A stretch of DNA of 64,000 bases from Lytechinus pictus. Its lineage: Eukaryota. The stretch is taken from NCBI RefSeq assembly GCF_037042905.1, contig NC_087249.1, positions 6,760,001-6,824,000 of the forward strand. The letters run 5' to 3'. The notes beneath the pieces are model-generated. The model ran no database searches. It was not told the origin of the DNA and saw only the letters and a program-made list of their open reading frames with translations. This document shows positions 62,989 through 64,000 of the stretch, piece after piece. The position numbers and the translations under genes were made by a program. The first letter of the stretch is position 1; every line of letters starts with the position of its first letter.

Positions 62989-63703
62989 AGAATCACCGTG
63001 ATGGTTGATGTTATTTTGAAGTTCCTTCCTTTCATTCAGAAGAACCATATTGTTTGCCATCCTGAGTGTTTCTCGTCAACATTCCAAGTCAACAGGTCTT
63101 TTGACCTCCCCATCTAACAGGGTCAAATCTTGACTACTAAATCGGATACCAAGAAGGAGCAAAGTTCCTGCCTGCTACGTAGTTGTCGATGAAGCAAGAG
63201 TGGTGCAGTTTCCCAATCACTGCGCAGATGCTCTCTACAACGCACCACTTCCTTTGAAAATGCAAATCGCAATCGACGGCTTAGAGGGTTTTTTGGTTTA
63301 AGTCGGTGGACCAGGACATCAGATCGGCCGAAGACTCGGACCGAAAGAAATGTCGTTTGTCCAGAGTCCAGGACGACATTGCTGTTTTGATTCACCGATT
63401 TTCGACAAAGGCCTTTTTGTCATTGAAGGGTTTTGACAAAAGATTATCTGCGTTATAGAATGCGTTTGCGTAGTGACTGCGAAATACAATTAGACATCTT
63501 TTAGAAGAAGTGAAGTTCAGGGTGATTTTATGTGTGATTATCATATCATAAATTGTTAAATAATGTTACATAAGCCTGACTTTCAGTTCGGGCATATTAG
63601 ACTTTACTATCTACGTTGTCAAAGAAGCAAACATATTGTAGTATGTTGATGCAATATTTGTAATTTCTTTGCGAAGAACTTTGAAAACCCCATTTATATC
63701 TAA

Positions 63704-64000
63704 AGGTCAAGTTCACCGCAGAAAAATGTTGAGTTGAATAAACAGAGAAAAATCAAACTAGCATAACGCTGAAAATTTCTTCAAAACCGGATGTTAAATA
63801 AGAAAGTAATGACATTTTAAAGTTTCTCTTATTTTCACAAAACAGTGATATGGATAATAATCATTGACATGCAAATGAGACAGTCGTTGATGTCGTTCAC
63901 TCACTAATTCTTTTGTTTTAATTTTTTTGAATTATACAATATATATTTTTTTACATATTTGACAATAAGGACCAACTTAACTGAACCATATCGTATTAAA
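63704..64000. mobile_element. Kolobok-like MITE, runs off the right edge
   Basis: AGGTCAAGTTCACC start; body homologous to 550-900. Confidence 0.7.

Noticed and set aside
62932..63395. Coding exon near the right end
   Set aside because: An acceptor-like site exists at about 63038, but all frames close quickly and the minus-strand ORF starts inside a dispersed repeat.

Overview
AT-rich, repeat-dense animal genomic DNA. The repeat style and the receptor type suggest an echinoderm, probably a sea urchin (inference only). Two host coding signals are supported. (1) An intact single-exon class A GPCR at 19742-20992. (2) Two spliceable exons (45975-46272 and 47006-47298) encoding an uncharacterised alpha/beta domain with a TIR/SEFIR-like strand-helix pattern; no upstream exon was found. 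Almost all other ORFs in the track are artefacts of repeats. The first 20 kb holds two near-identical tandem duplications (1.6 kb and 6.3 kb units); the larger one stops 39 bp before the GPCR ATG and so copies the upstream region but not the CDS. The rest is deeply nested non-autonomous DNA transposons (Mutator/foldback-, hAT-, Kolobok-, piggyBac-, Tc1/mariner-, Harbinger- and CMC-like, assigned from TIR/TSD patterns only), tRNA-derived SINEs, truncated LINEs and satellites. I found no CRISPR, rRNA or intact transposase. The best candidates for novelty are the TIR-like domain gene, the promoter-only duplication and a foldback element whose arms grew by copying an inserted MITE. All alignments were done by eye.
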